64,000 bases of DNA from Acidobacteriota bacterium (GTDB lineage Bacteria; Acidobacteriota; UBA6911; RPQK01; JAJDTT01): the NCBI GenBank assembly GCA_965209055.1, contig OZ242374.1:5728001-5792000 (forward strand), read 5' to 3'. This document shows positions 9,733 to 19,749 of the stretch, piece by piece. Numbering within the stretch: the stretch's first letter is position 1; every line of letters starts with the position of its first letter. The notes below the pieces were generated by a model. The model saw only the letters and a program-made list of their open reading frames with translations, had not been told where the DNA came from and ran no database searches. Made by a program: the position numbers and the translations under genes.

Positions 9733-10755
9733 ATGTCGAGATGGAATCCATTCCTGCTGTTGCTCCCGGCCGTATCCTTGGCCGCCGGCTGCGGGCCGCC
9801 GGGGGCCCGACTGGTCTCGGTCCAAAAGATCTGGGACCGGGCTCCCCATAGCGCCTTCACCGATCTGGTCCGCTTCCAGGACCGTTGGTTCTGCACTTTT
9901 CGGGAAGGAGAGAGTCACGTTTCCTCCGATGGAACCATCCGGATCATCACCTCGGCGGACGGGGAAACGTGGTCCTCTGTCGCCCACTTTCCCCGAGAAC
10001 CGGGACAGGATCTGAGGGACCCCAAGCTGGAGGTGACCCCGGACGGGCGTCTCATGGCGCTGGCGCTGGACCGGCGGGACCTGGCCGAGGACCACCTGGA
10101 GTTTTACTCGCTGGTCTGGTTTTCCCGGGACGGGACAGAATGGAGCACCCCTCAGCGGGTTGGCGAGCCCGACTTCCTGCTCTGGCGGGTCACTTGGCAT
10201 GAAGGGACGGCCTACGGCGGAGCCTACGCCGATCACCGGGCCGCCGGCCACCGCCCCAGCCAGGACGAGTTCGTCCGGCTCTACAAGAGCGAAGACGGAC
10301 TCCGATTCGAGACCCTGGTGCCCGTCCTTTTCGATCGCGGGTCTCCCAACGAAACCGCCATCGTGTTCCGGGACGATGGAACCGCTGTCTGCCTTCTGCG
10401 GCGCGACGGGGAGGACAACACCGCCCAGATCGGAACCTCGCAGCCGCCGTACACACAATGGAATTGGAAGGATCTCAACGTGGTCATCGGCGGTCCCGAC
10501 CTCCTGGTCCTGCCGGATGGCCGCCTGGTGGCGTCGGGCCGCCAGCACCTTCCCGGCGGCGAGCGCCGGACCCTCCTCTGGTGGATGGACCCGGAGGCAG
10601 CGACGGCAACCGAGATCCTGGAGTTGCCATCGGGGGGAGACACCAGCTACGCCGGAATGGTCCGGCACCAGGGGCTTCTCTGGATCAGCTACTACTCGTC
10701 CCACGAAGACAAGACCAGCATCTACCTGGCCAAGGTGGCCCTGCCCGGCGTGTGA
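9733..10755 (+). CDS. BNR/Asp-box sialidase-like lipoprotein
   Basis: LAAGC lipobox; HSAFTDL; Asp-box repeats SADGETW, SRDGTEW, SEDGLRF; GGDTSY. Confidence 0.8.
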   Translation: MSRWNPFLLLLPAVSLAAGCGPPGARLVSVQKIWDRAPHSAFTDLVRFQDRWFCTFREGESHVSSDGTIRIITSADGETWSSVAHFPREPGQDLRDPKLEVTPDGRLMALALDRRDLAEDHLEFYSLVWFSRDGTEWSTPQRVGEPDFLLWRVTWHEGTAYGGAYADHRAAGHRPSQDEFVRLYKSEDGLRFETLVPVLFDRGSPNETAIVFRDDGTAVCLLRRDGEDNTAQIGTSQPPYTQWNWKDLNVVIGGPDLLVLPDGRLVASGRQHLPGGERRTLLWWMDPEAATATEILELPSGGDTSYAGMVRHQGLLWISYYSSHEDKTSIYLAKVALPGV

Positions 10756-10770
10756 GTCGGCACTCCCGGC

Positions 10771-12234
10771 CTACCGGAACTTAAACGAATAGAGATCCGC
10801 ATCGTTCATGACGAAACGCAGCCGCACCGGCTTCCCGGCGATCCGGCTGAGGTCGCTGCCCCCCTTCCAGGAGACCACTCGCTCGATCTGGTCTCCGATG
10901 ATCCGGACGGCGTCGTCCGCCGAGAAACCGGCGATGGGATTTCCGCCGGAGTCCTGAATTTCGACCCGGAGGCTACCGGCCGCCGAGGTGGCGTAGTTGA
11001 TCACCAGCACGCTGCCGCTGAACCGGAGGGTCCTGGTGATCATCTCGGCCCCCTCGTAGGGGGCATGGACCGACGAAAAGCCATCCGTCCGCAACACCAT
11101 CCGCTCCAGCCGGGCGTTGGTCTGGCCGTAGTCCCGCTGGACGTAGAAGGACATCTCCGCCGGTCCGGTGGGAACCACTCCCAGCGCCGGGTAGTTGGTG
11201 CGCGAGGTCCAGTTGGTGAGGCCGATGCCGGGACGGACGAGGCTCTCCCGGAAGGTGAAATCATAGATGGTGGTGCCGGCGCGGCTGGTCAGGAGAACCC
11301 CATCCGCGATGTCCCGGACTCTCCAGTCCGGATCGCGCGGAAAGCCCGGGTCCGGGCCCAGTTCCGCCGTCTGGGCCTCGTCCAGGACCCGGCGGCCGGC
11401 TTGAAAACGGCCCGGCAAGGCCACGTAGATGTGGGGCGCCCGAAAGTACGGGTGGGTCTGATTGGTATAGAGATGCTGTGACGGAACCGTAGCGCCCGTA
11501 TCGCTATAGGTCATGAGCACGGGATCGGTCCAGTGGAGGAAGTCCCGGGAAGTGGAGCGCGCCACGGCCCGGCGCCCTCCGACGGCGTGCCGGGAGTAGA
11601 GGACGTAGCGCCCCTCCGCCTCCGACCAGAACATCACGTTTTGGGAGTCGAAGTGGTTCCTCAGCTTCCTGGGGACGATCGCTTCCTCGCGGACCAGCTT
11701 CCAACGAATGCCGTCAGCGGAGACGTAGCCGAGCAGTCCTCCCTTGGCTTCCATGTTCGCCTTGTAACGCTCCGCCGCCGGCACGCCCGGGCGGCCGTCG
11801 ATGAAGGGGCAGAACTGGCGTCCCGAATCCAGGATCACGTTGTTCTCGCGGCTCCCCTGAATCTGGAACAGACCCAAAGCAGGACGGGTCCAACGAATCC
11901 CGTCCCGGCTCTCGGCGTAGCAGGTGTTGGACTGAGCTCCCAGGCCACAGCGGTAGTACATGCGGTAGGTATCGCCGTCCGTGAGGATGGTGGTGTAGAA
12001 GGAGTACCAGTCCTCCCACGGTTTTTCATACGAGATGGCGACGCCTCCGGGCCGGGGAACGTGCAGTTTCAGGCGGGTTCCCCGGAGCTGTCCGATCAGG
12101 TGGTAGTCGACGAAGAGCTCCCGCCGGGAGCCGATGTCCAACGAGGCGTCGAAAACGGACTTCCCCCAAGCGGTTCCCGCCAAAGGAGCCGACAACAGGA
12201 ACGCCATTCCCAGAACCAACACTCTCCATCTCAT
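10771..12234 (-). CDS. Secreted beta-propeller glycosidase-like protein (paralog of 8033-9532)
   Basis: ATG 12234 with GGAGG RBS and signal peptide; RELFVD, AESRDGIRWTRP, FDSQN, LRTDGFSSV, DADLYSFKF. Confidence 0.75.
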   Translation of the reverse strand: MRWRVLVLGMAFLLSAPLAGTAWGKSVFDASLDIGSRRELFVDYHLIGQLRGTRLKLHVPRPGGVAISYEKPWEDWYSFYTTILTDGDTYRMYYRCGLGAQSNTCYAESRDGIRWTRPALGLFQIQGSRENNVILDSGRQFCPFIDGRPGVPAAERYKANMEAKGGLLGYVSADGIRWKLVREEAIVPRKLRNHFDSQNVMFWSEAEGRYVLYSRHAVGGRRAVARSTSRDFLHWTDPVLMTYSDTGATVPSQHLYTNQTHPYFRAPHIYVALPGRFQAGRRVLDEAQTAELGPDPGFPRDPDWRVRDIADGVLLTSRAGTTIYDFTFRESLVRPGIGLTNWTSRTNYPALGVVPTGPAEMSFYVQRDYGQTNARLERMVLRTDGFSSVHAPYEGAEMITRTLRFSGSVLVINYATSAAGSLRVEIQDSGGNPIAGFSADDAVRIIGDQIERVVSWKGGSDLSRIAGKPVRLRFVMNDADLYSFKFR

Positions 12235-12504
12235 GATCGAACCTCCATTTCCGCGTCTGCTGCAGCTTTGCCGCGCTGCCCCCGCATCACCGCGGGCGGG
12301 CCGGATCCCAGAGATTACAGGTCTCCGTCCGGAATCACCATACTCGGCTGGACCACTCCCCCGCTTCTTGTGCTCCGGAAAAACGGACTGTCCCTTCGTG
12401 GGAGAGTGCTCCCCAAAAAGCGGCCACTTTTCTTGCGCCGCCGGAATACGGCCTGTTCTAATGCCGAGTCTTACAATAAGCGCTTTTCGGAAGAGGAAAC
12501 CGAA

Positions 12505-13407
12505 ATGACAATTCCCTGGCTCCTGCTGGCGAGCTTCGCGGCGTGCACTTCGACCTTGGCAGGTGCCTGGACCCCGCCGGCGCCGACCCACGCCGACGTG
12601 GCCTACGGACCGCAAGCGCGCAACCGGCTGGATTTCTGGAAGGCGGAGGGCCAGGGTCCCCGCCCCCTCCTGGTCTTCATTCACGGCGGAGGTTGGACCG
12701 GCGGCGACAAGACCCGGCACTTGTCGGATTTCCGGCCTTACCTCAAGAAGGGCATCTCCTACGCCGCCGTCAACTACCGCCTGACCCCCGGGTCCCCCCT
12801 TCCGGCTCCGGTTCACGATGCGGCCCGGGCCATCCGGTTTCTGCGCTGGAAGGCCTCGGAGTGGAACCTCGACAAGCGTCGCATCGCTTTGACCGGAAGC
12901 AGCGCGGGAGCGTGCACCTCCACGTGGCTCCTGCTGCACGACGATCTGGCGGACCCCAACGCCGCCGACCCCGTGCTCCGCGAGTCGACTCGCGTGACGG
13001 CGGCGGCAGTTCACGGCGGACAGACCTCCATCGACCCCAAGGTGATCGAGCCCTGGTTGGGACCGAACGTCCTGAAGCATCGCATGATCAATATGGCGGT
13101 GGGCGAGAAGACCATCGAAGCGGCCCTGGCCAACTACGAGAAACACCGGCCCCTATACATCGAGTTCTCGCCCTACAATCATCTGACCGCCGACGATCCC
13201 CCGCTGCTGATGACGTATGGAAACAACATGACGCTCCCCTCGGAGGACGCGGGGCACGGGATCCACCACCCCGTCTACGGGATCAAGGTGAAGGAGAAGT
13301 CGGACCGTCTGGGACACGAGTGCCACTTGCTCATCGAAGGGGTATCGAAGTCGCCCCGGTACACGAACGCAATGGAGTTCTTGATGGCGAAGCTGCTGGG
13401 AGAATGA
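12505..13407 (+). CDS. Alpha/beta hydrolase (HGGG-type esterase/lipase)
   Basis: GAGG RBS; signal peptide; IHGGGW; GSSAG nucleophile; IHHP. Confidence 0.88.
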   Translation: MTIPWLLLASFAACTSTLAGAWTPPAPTHADVAYGPQARNRLDFWKAEGQGPRPLLVFIHGGGWTGGDKTRHLSDFRPYLKKGISYAAVNYRLTPGSPLPAPVHDAARAIRFLRWKASEWNLDKRRIALTGSSAGACTSTWLLLHDDLADPNAADPVLRESTRVTAAAVHGGQTSIDPKVIEPWLGPNVLKHRMINMAVGEKTIEAALANYEKHRPLYIEFSPYNHLTADDPPLLMTYGNNMTLPSEDAGHGIHHPVYGIKVKEKSDRLGHECHLLIEGVSKSPRYTNAMEFLMAKLLGE

Positions 13408-13450
13408 ATCGCAGATTCCGGGTCTGATTCGAAACGAAGGTGAAACCGCC

Positions 13451-14677
13451 ATGAGGAGCGCAGACGGCAACGGCTCTTCCTTGTCGCACTTGATCGGCTC
13501 CCGCAAACCCGGACTCACCCTGGAGCAGCCGTTTTACAACTCACCGCGGATCTTCGAGCTGGACATGGAGCGGATCCACCTGCGCCATTGGCAGATCGTG
13601 GGACACGTGAGCCGGCTGCCGGCCGCTGGCGACTATTTCCTCTACTCTCTGGGCGGAGAGTCGGTGGTGATCGTCCGGGACCGGAACGACGAGATCCGCG
13701 CCCTGCTCAATGTCTGCCGGCATCGCGGATCCAGGATCTGCCTGGAGGAGAAGGGTTCGGTCAAGCGCTTCGTCTGTCCTTACCACTCCTGGACCTACGG
13801 ATTGGACGGGTCCCTGCTCTCCGCCCGGCACATGCCCGACTGCTTCGATCGCAAGGATTTTCCCCTGCACCGTTGCCATGTCCGCGTTGTTGAAGGACTG
13901 ATCTTCATCTGCCTGGCCGAGGCGCCCCCGCCGTTCGATCCCCTCGCCCGGGACATCTCGAACCTCTTTTCTCCCCATGGATGGCCGGCAGCCAAGATCT
14001 GCTCGCGAGTCAGCCACGTCATCCGCGCCAACTGGAAGCTGGTGGCCGAGAACTTCTTCGAGTGCTACCACTGCCTTCACACGCATCCCGAGCTGACCTC
14101 CGTCATGAGCTACGTGCGGGCCGGCGAATCGAAGCGCTTCGGCGAGGAGCTGGACCGCTACACCTCCCGGTGGAAGAAGGAGATCTGCCGGACGGATCAC
14201 GATCCGGAGCCGTTCGACCGAGACACGGGAATCCAGCAGCACGGGGGCCGCCGACCCATCCGTCCGGGGTTTCTGACCCAAAGCCGGAACGGGGAACCCC
14301 TGGCTCCCCTCATGGGGGACTACGACGCCTACGACGGGGGGATCTCCTCCATCATGTTCTTTCCCATCAACTGGCTCGTCGCCACCAACGACTACGGAAT
14401 GGCGACCCGGTTCACGCCCCTCTCCGCCCAGGAGACCGAGGTGGAGCTCACCTGGCTCGTGCATCCGGACGCCGTCGAGGGCGTCGACTACGATCCGGAC
14501 GAGGTGACCTGGCTGTGGCTCAAGACGTTGGAAGAGGACAAGGAGATCTGCGAGAACAACCAGGCCGGCGTCAACAGCCGCTACTACCGTCCGGGAATCT
14601 ACAGTACCGCCGAGGAGACGGTGGACCGGTTCTGCCAGTGGTACCTGGAGGAGTTGGGCGCGAATTCCCCAAGCTGA
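13451..14677 (+). CDS. Rieske non-heme iron oxygenase alpha subunit (GbcA/Stc2-like clade)
   Basis: Rieske motif CRHRG...CPYHSW; NWKLVAENFFECYHC..HPEL; EEDKEICENNQAG. Confidence 0.9.
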   Translation: MRSADGNGSSLSHLIGSRKPGLTLEQPFYNSPRIFELDMERIHLRHWQIVGHVSRLPAAGDYFLYSLGGESVVIVRDRNDEIRALLNVCRHRGSRICLEEKGSVKRFVCPYHSWTYGLDGSLLSARHMPDCFDRKDFPLHRCHVRVVEGLIFICLAEAPPPFDPLARDISNLFSPHGWPAAKICSRVSHVIRANWKLVAENFFECYHCLHTHPELTSVMSYVRAGESKRFGEELDRYTSRWKKEICRTDHDPEPFDRDTGIQQHGGRRPIRPGFLTQSRNGEPLAPLMGDYDAYDGGISSIMFFPINWLVATNDYGMATRFTPLSAQETEVELTWLVHPDAVEGVDYDPDEVTWLWLKTLEEDKEICENNQAGVNSRYYRPGIYSTAEETVDRFCQWYLEELGANSPS

Positions 14678-14728
14678 GGAACAAGGACCAAGAGCGCACC
14701 CGTCCGGGGACAGACGCTCTCCGAATAC

Positions 14729-16054
14729 TCATTCTCCAGCGAAATCCGACTCCATCAGGCGCAGCCGCACGCCGGCAATGATCTCCCTCCTGCCGCCGGT
14801 GCGAATCCCCGCGTAGTGGGTCGTCAGCCAGATCTCACCGGGCCGGCGTTCGAACAGGAAAGGGTAGGAGAGCCACCCGCCGGGCTGCCGGGCCACCACC
14901 TGGGGGCGGATCCAGGTCTTGCCGTCGTCTTCCGAGAAGGCGATGGACAGCTCTTCCCGCTGGGAACTTCCGGGAATGCGGGAATAGGGAAACTCCCTGC
15001 GCGCTCCAGGCGTGCGGTTCCACTCCTGGAGCGTCATCCCCTCCGGATGGAGACGGTTCCAGGCCAGGACGAGACGACCGCTCGACAAACGGATCAGGTG
15101 GCCCGGGGCGCTGCTGGCGTCGATGCCGCTGGGACGGATCACCCGCCAGGAACGTCCCTCGTCCTGGGAGAACGCCTCCCAGAAGCGGTCCCAGTTGGTC
15201 CGGATCAGAGTCCAGATGCGGCCGTCCCGGAGTTGGACCAGAGTCGGCTCGATGGCCCCGTCGTGATGCCCGTGTCCACCCAGATCGATGAGATTGCTCT
15301 GTGCCCAGGTGCGGCCCGCGTCGTCGGAAAAGTAGAACACGAAGGCGTGGCGCCCCGGATTGCGCAGGACCCTCATCACGGGAACCACCACCCGGCCGGA
15401 GCTGGTCTCGAGAATGTCGACCATGGCCCCGCAGTATTCCCGGGAGAGGAGCCGGGCATCGATCCAACTCTCCCCTTCATCCAGACTGCGCATGGACCAG
15501 ACCTCGTTGAAGACGCCGGGGTCCGGTTCGTGGGTCTCGTTGTTCCAGCCCCATTTCCGGGTCTTGGTGTCCAGGAACACCAATACGACGGCGCCATCCC
15601 GGGTCTTGTGCAGGACGCGCCATTCCCGATGAATTTCGGGATCCCGGTCCCGGAACACGGGTCCCTTGCTGCTCCAGGTGCGGCCGTCGTCGCGGGAGAA
15701 GTGGGCTTCGTTGCCCTCCACCGTCATGAGCCGGCCGTCGTCCAGCAAAACGAAGGGCCCGTCGCGAGGTGTTGAGCCTGGGGGTGGGTCCATTCGGCCC
15801 GCTTTGCCGCTGCCACGAACCCTCCACCGAGGCTCGCCGGCCAGGGATTCAACCCCACCAGGGCGGCGAGTCCCATCGACAATATGGCCATCATTCGAAC
15901 CAGAGTATGCTCTGACATCCGAAATGTTCCTATCCACTGCCACATGCAGCGTTCCGGATGCGGCCGGAGCTGCGGTTCGCTTCGGTGGCCGGAACGGGTT
16001 ATTCAGTATAATCTCTCCGATTTTCCGGAGGATACGTTGTATCGGGTGTGTCAT
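14729..16054 (-). CDS. Sialidase/BNR-repeat family protein
   Basis: Multiple Asp-boxes (SRDDGRTW, SLDEGESW, SDDAGRTW, SQDEGRSW, SEDDGKTW); LSYP. Start uncertain. Confidence 0.8.
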   Translation of the reverse strand: MTHPIQRILRKIGEIILNNPFRPPKRTAAPAASGTLHVAVDRNISDVRAYSGSNDGHIVDGTRRPGGVESLAGEPRWRVRGSGKAGRMDPPPGSTPRDGPFVLLDDGRLMTVEGNEAHFSRDDGRTWSSKGPVFRDRDPEIHREWRVLHKTRDGAVVLVFLDTKTRKWGWNNETHEPDPGVFNEVWSMRSLDEGESWIDARLLSREYCGAMVDILETSSGRVVVPVMRVLRNPGRHAFVFYFSDDAGRTWAQSNLIDLGGHGHHDGAIEPTLVQLRDGRIWTLIRTNWDRFWEAFSQDEGRSWRVIRPSGIDASSAPGHLIRLSSGRLVLAWNRLHPEGMTLQEWNRTPGARREFPYSRIPGSSQREELSIAFSEDDGKTWIRPQVVARQPGGWLSYPFLFERRPGEIWLTTHYAGIRTGGRREIIAGVRLRLMESDFAGE

Positions 16055-16145
16055 TGGGACTTCAGAGCGGATCTGGCGGCGCCGTGACCTGAGAAACTCC
16101 AATGAAGTCGACCTTGTCAGCCGCATCGGGGAGAACACGGGAGGC

Positions 16146-18557
16146 ATGGGAATGATCGCTCGATCCAAGCTGGGTTGCGGTGCTGCACTGCTGGCCATCC
16201 TGTCCGGCATTCCGGCTGCGGCGCAAATGTCGACCGTTCGCGTGGGAACGGTGCTCGACGGCGCGGCCGATCGCGAGCTCGCATTTCGAGAGGCGGTCCG
16301 AAAAGAGTCCATTCGTCTCTTGGGCGGCCGCCATGACGTTTCCTTCCCACCCGAGAAACAAATGGTGGGTAATTGGACCGCCGAGACGTCCCGCCGACAC
16401 CTGAGCGCTCTGTTGGCGGACCCGGAAGTCGATGCGGTCCTGGTGCTCGGCATTGTGGGAGCCTCTCAGGCGGCGCGCGCCGCAGACCTGCCGAAGCCGG
16501 TGATTGCGGCGCCCGTGCTGAACCCTGAAGTCGAAGGCCTGCCCGTGGAAGTGCGCGAGCGCCCGACGCCCGGCAGGGAGAGCCTGTCCCGGCACCGGGT
16601 GAGTGGTGTCAGGAACCTGAGCTACGTCTCCTACAACCAGGATCTGGAGCGCGAGATCCGGGAGTTCCGCAAGCTCGCGCCCTTTTCCCGGCTCGCGGTG
16701 CTGACCATACCGCGCCTTGAGGAGTCGCTGCGAGCCATGCGCGGCGAATTCCGCCGCCGTCTCGCTCCCATGGGCATTGCCGTGGATTTCATAGTGGTGG
16801 GCAACTCCGCCGACGCAGCGCTTGACGCGTTGCCTCCCGATACCGAGGCGGTGATATTGGGCCTTCTGTCCCACCTCTCCCCAGGAGAGTTCGAACAGCT
16901 CATCGCAGGATTGATCGAGAAGAGACTGCCCTCCTACGCCCTCGCCGGAAGGACCGACGTCCAGCGCGGAGCGATGGCCAGTCTGAAGCTGGACCGCTCG
17001 GAGCAGTCGTTCGTCCGGCGCGTCGCCTTGAACCTCTTCAACATCGTACAGGGCGAGGCGGCGGCGGAGTTGCCCATCGACTTCAGCGTGGGCGAGCAGT
17101 TGACCCTCAACCTGACGACCGCGAGCGCCATCGGCGTCGACCTGAAGTTCTCCACCTTGACGGATGCCGAACTCCTGGGGGAGGCGGCCGCGCCGGCCGG
17201 GCGATTGCTTTCTCTCTCGGCCGTGGTGGAGGATGCCGTCAAGGTCAATCTCGACCTGGCTGCGGCCGGGAAGCGGATCGATGCCGGGCTGCGGCTGGTG
17301 AGCGAAGCTCGGGCGCCCTTGCTGCCGCGGGTGAGCGTTTCGGGCGGGGGCAGCAAGCTGGCCGGGGCGGGCGCCGTGTTCGGGGACCGCCAGCTTTCCG
17401 GTTCGCTCGGGTTCAGCCAGTTGCTGTATTCGGAACGGGTCCGGGCAGGCTACGACGTGGAGCGCCAGAGCCAGATCGCTCGCGAAGAAGAGGCGTGGCA
17501 GTTGCGGCTGGACATCGTGCTGGAAGCTGCCCAGAGCTATCTCGACGTCCTCCGCGCCAAGACCTACGACGCAATCCAGCGCAACAACCTGCAATTGAGC
17601 CGGTCCAACCTGAGTCTGGCGCGCCGTCGTTTCCGTGCCGGCGCGACCGGACGGGACGAAGTCCTGCGCTGGCGCAGCGAGATCGCCCGTAACCGGCTCG
17701 CCCTCCTGGAGGCATCGGCGCGTCGGAAGGCAGCCGAGATCGCCGTCAACCGCGTCCTCAACCGGTCACTGGAAGAACCGTTCCAGACCTCCGAAGCCGG
17801 TCTCGCCGACCCCGGCCTGACGGTCAACTTCGAACGTCTGCGACCCTACATCGAACGTCGGGGAGCGTTCGGTCTCTTTCGGCAGTTCATGACCTTCGAA
17901 GCGCTGGACGGCTCCCCGGAGCTGAGGCGGCTCGACGCGTCGATCCGGGCCCGCAAGAGAATCGTGCTGGCTTCCAAACGAGCCTTGTATCTGCCGGAAC
18001 TCGGGCTTGACGCGCAAGTGCAGGGACAGCGGAGCTCCGGTGGTCTGAGTCTCTTCCCGGAGGGACTCGGAGGGGGCGGGACGGACTGGAGCATCAGCGT
18101 TCGTGCTTCGCTACCCCTCTTCGAGGGAGGGGCGTTGCGAGCCCGCAGGAGCCGGGCGCAGATCGAACTCGAAGAAATGGCGATCGAGCGGACGGCCACT
18201 CGACTGGCCATCGAACAGCGGGTCCGTTCGGCCCTGTTGGAAGCCGGCGTCTCCTTCGCCGGGATCGAGCTGGCGCAGGAAGCCGCGTCCGCTGCCCGGG
18301 AGAACTTCGAACTGGTCCGCAACTCCTACTCGCAGGGTGTGGTGGGCATCATCCGGGTTCTGGATGCCCAGTCGCAAATGCTGGCCGCGGACCTGAGCGC
18401 GGCCAACGCCGTGTTCGACCACCTGATCCACTTGATGGCGGTGCAGCGCGCGGTGGGACGTTTCGATTATTTCCGATCTCCGGCGGAACGCGACGCCTGG
18501 CTCCGGCGATTGGAGAAGTTCTACCGGGAGAGAGGGCGCGATGTGCACACGGACTGA
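16146..18557 (+). CDS. TolC-family outer membrane efflux protein with N-terminal substrate-binding-like domain
   Basis: Signal peptide; ~350-aa alpha/beta N-terminal region ending LTLNLTTASAIG; then two OEP repeats (LLPRVSVS, YLDVLRA, PLFEGG, RVLDAQ). Confidence 0.85.
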   Translation: MGMIARSKLGCGAALLAILSGIPAAAQMSTVRVGTVLDGAADRELAFREAVRKESIRLLGGRHDVSFPPEKQMVGNWTAETSRRHLSALLADPEVDAVLVLGIVGASQAARAADLPKPVIAAPVLNPEVEGLPVEVRERPTPGRESLSRHRVSGVRNLSYVSYNQDLEREIREFRKLAPFSRLAVLTIPRLEESLRAMRGEFRRRLAPMGIAVDFIVVGNSADAALDALPPDTEAVILGLLSHLSPGEFEQLIAGLIEKRLPSYALAGRTDVQRGAMASLKLDRSEQSFVRRVALNLFNIVQGEAAAELPIDFSVGEQLTLNLTTASAIGVDLKFSTLTDAELLGEAAAPAGRLLSLSAVVEDAVKVNLDLAAAGKRIDAGLRLVSEARAPLLPRVSVSGGGSKLAGAGAVFGDRQLSGSLGFSQLLYSERVRAGYDVERQSQIAREEEAWQLRLDIVLEAAQSYLDVLRAKTYDAIQRNNLQLSRSNLSLARRRFRAGATGRDEVLRWRSEIARNRLALLEASARRKAAEIAVNRVLNRSLEEPFQTSEAGLADPGLTVNFERLRPYIERRGAFGLFRQFMTFEALDGSPELRRLDASIRARKRIVLASKRALYLPELGLDAQVQGQRSSGGLSLFPEGLGGGGTDWSISVRASLPLFEGGALRARRSRAQIELEEMAIERTATRLAIEQRVRSALLEAGVSFAGIELAQEAASAARENFELVRNSYSQGVVGIIRVLDAQSQMLAADLSAANAVFDHLIHLMAVQRAVGRFDYFRSPAERDAWLRRLEKFYRERGRDVHTD

Positions 18558-19749
18558 AGCAACTCGACCCGTGACCGGATTTCGCCGCCCGGCAGGACGC
18601 GTCCTCCGGGCAACGGCGAGGCTCCTCGGCGCGGCGGCGATGGCGTTCGGCGGCGGGTCCTGTGGATCCGGAGAGCGCCCGCAGGAACCACTTCCGGAAC
18701 CTCGGCCCCGTCCGGTCAAGTCCGTTGAGGTGTCCGCCCAGGGTGGAGCCCGGGTCCTCCGTTTCACCGGCGTTGCCAAAGCAGAGAGGAGTGCCGGCCT
18801 CGCCTTCCGAGTCTCCGGCAGGGTCCACAAGTTGCATGTCGAGCAGGGGGAAATCGTCCAGGAGGGGGCATTGATCGCAGAACTCGACCCGGTGGATCTG
18901 GAGATCCAGGTGCGCGAAATCGAAGCCTCCCTGTCCGAAGCCAAGGCCCGGGAGGTCCTGGCGACTTCAGAATTCCAGAGAATCCAAGGCTTGTACGAGA
19001 CGGACAGCGTCTCGCAGGGCGATTTCGAGTCGGCTCTGGCGCAGCGCGAATCGGCGCGGTCGCGAGTCGAATCGGCCCAACAGAGACTGGAGCTGTCCAA
19101 GTTGCAAGTCGGCTACGCCACACTGCGGGCGCCCGTCGCCTGCGCCATCGCCGAAGTCAAGGCGGAAGAGGGCGAGTTCCTCCAGGCCGGGTCGCCGGTG
19201 GTGGAGATGGTGACCGGACGGACTCCACAGGTCGAGATCAGCGTCCCCGAGAACCTGATCTCCCAGATACGAGGCGGCACAGCCGCGACCGTGACCTTCT
19301 CCGCGTTTCCGGGACGCACTTTCGCCGGCCGTGTGAGAAACGTGGGAATCGTCCCCTCCCAAGGGGTCGCCACCTACCCGGCGACCATCGAACTGCAGCG
19401 CACATGGCGCGACGAGTCAGGCGCTTCGAAGGGCGTTCCCATCGCTCCGGGCATGACCGTCGAGGCAGAGATCGAATCCTCCTCCGACGATGCCTCGTCC
19501 CGTCTCGTGGTCCCGTTGAGCGCCATCGCCTCCGATCGGGAAGGCACTTTCGCCTATATCGTCGAATTCGGCAGCGACCATCTGGGTTTCGCGCGGCGGC
19601 GGTCCGTAGAAACGGGGCGGCTGGTGGCCGGCGGCATTGAAGTCCTGACAGGGCTCTCCTCGGGGAACCAGGTGATCACCGCCGGCGTCAGCCGACTCCA
19701 GGACGGGCAGAAAGTGCGCCGGATCGCTCCGCCGCAGAGACAGCAGTGA
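18541..19749 (+). CDS. RND efflux periplasmic adaptor (MFP) subunit
   Basis: FRVSGRV, LRAPV, PGMTV, GLSSGNQVITAG motifs; lies between TolC and RND genes. Confidence 0.92.
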   Translation: MCTRTEATRPVTGFRRPAGRVLRATARLLGAAAMAFGGGSCGSGERPQEPLPEPRPRPVKSVEVSAQGGARVLRFTGVAKAERSAGLAFRVSGRVHKLHVEQGEIVQEGALIAELDPVDLEIQVREIEASLSEAKAREVLATSEFQRIQGLYETDSVSQGDFESALAQRESARSRVESAQQRLELSKLQVGYATLRAPVACAIAEVKAEEGEFLQAGSPVVEMVTGRTPQVEISVPENLISQIRGGTAATVTFSAFPGRTFAGRVRNVGIVPSQGVATYPATIELQRTWRDESGASKGVPIAPGMTVEAEIESSSDDASSRLVVPLSAIASDREGTFAYIVEFGSDHLGFARRRSVETGRLVAGGIEVLTGLSSGNQVITAGVSRLQDGQKVRRIAPPQRQQ

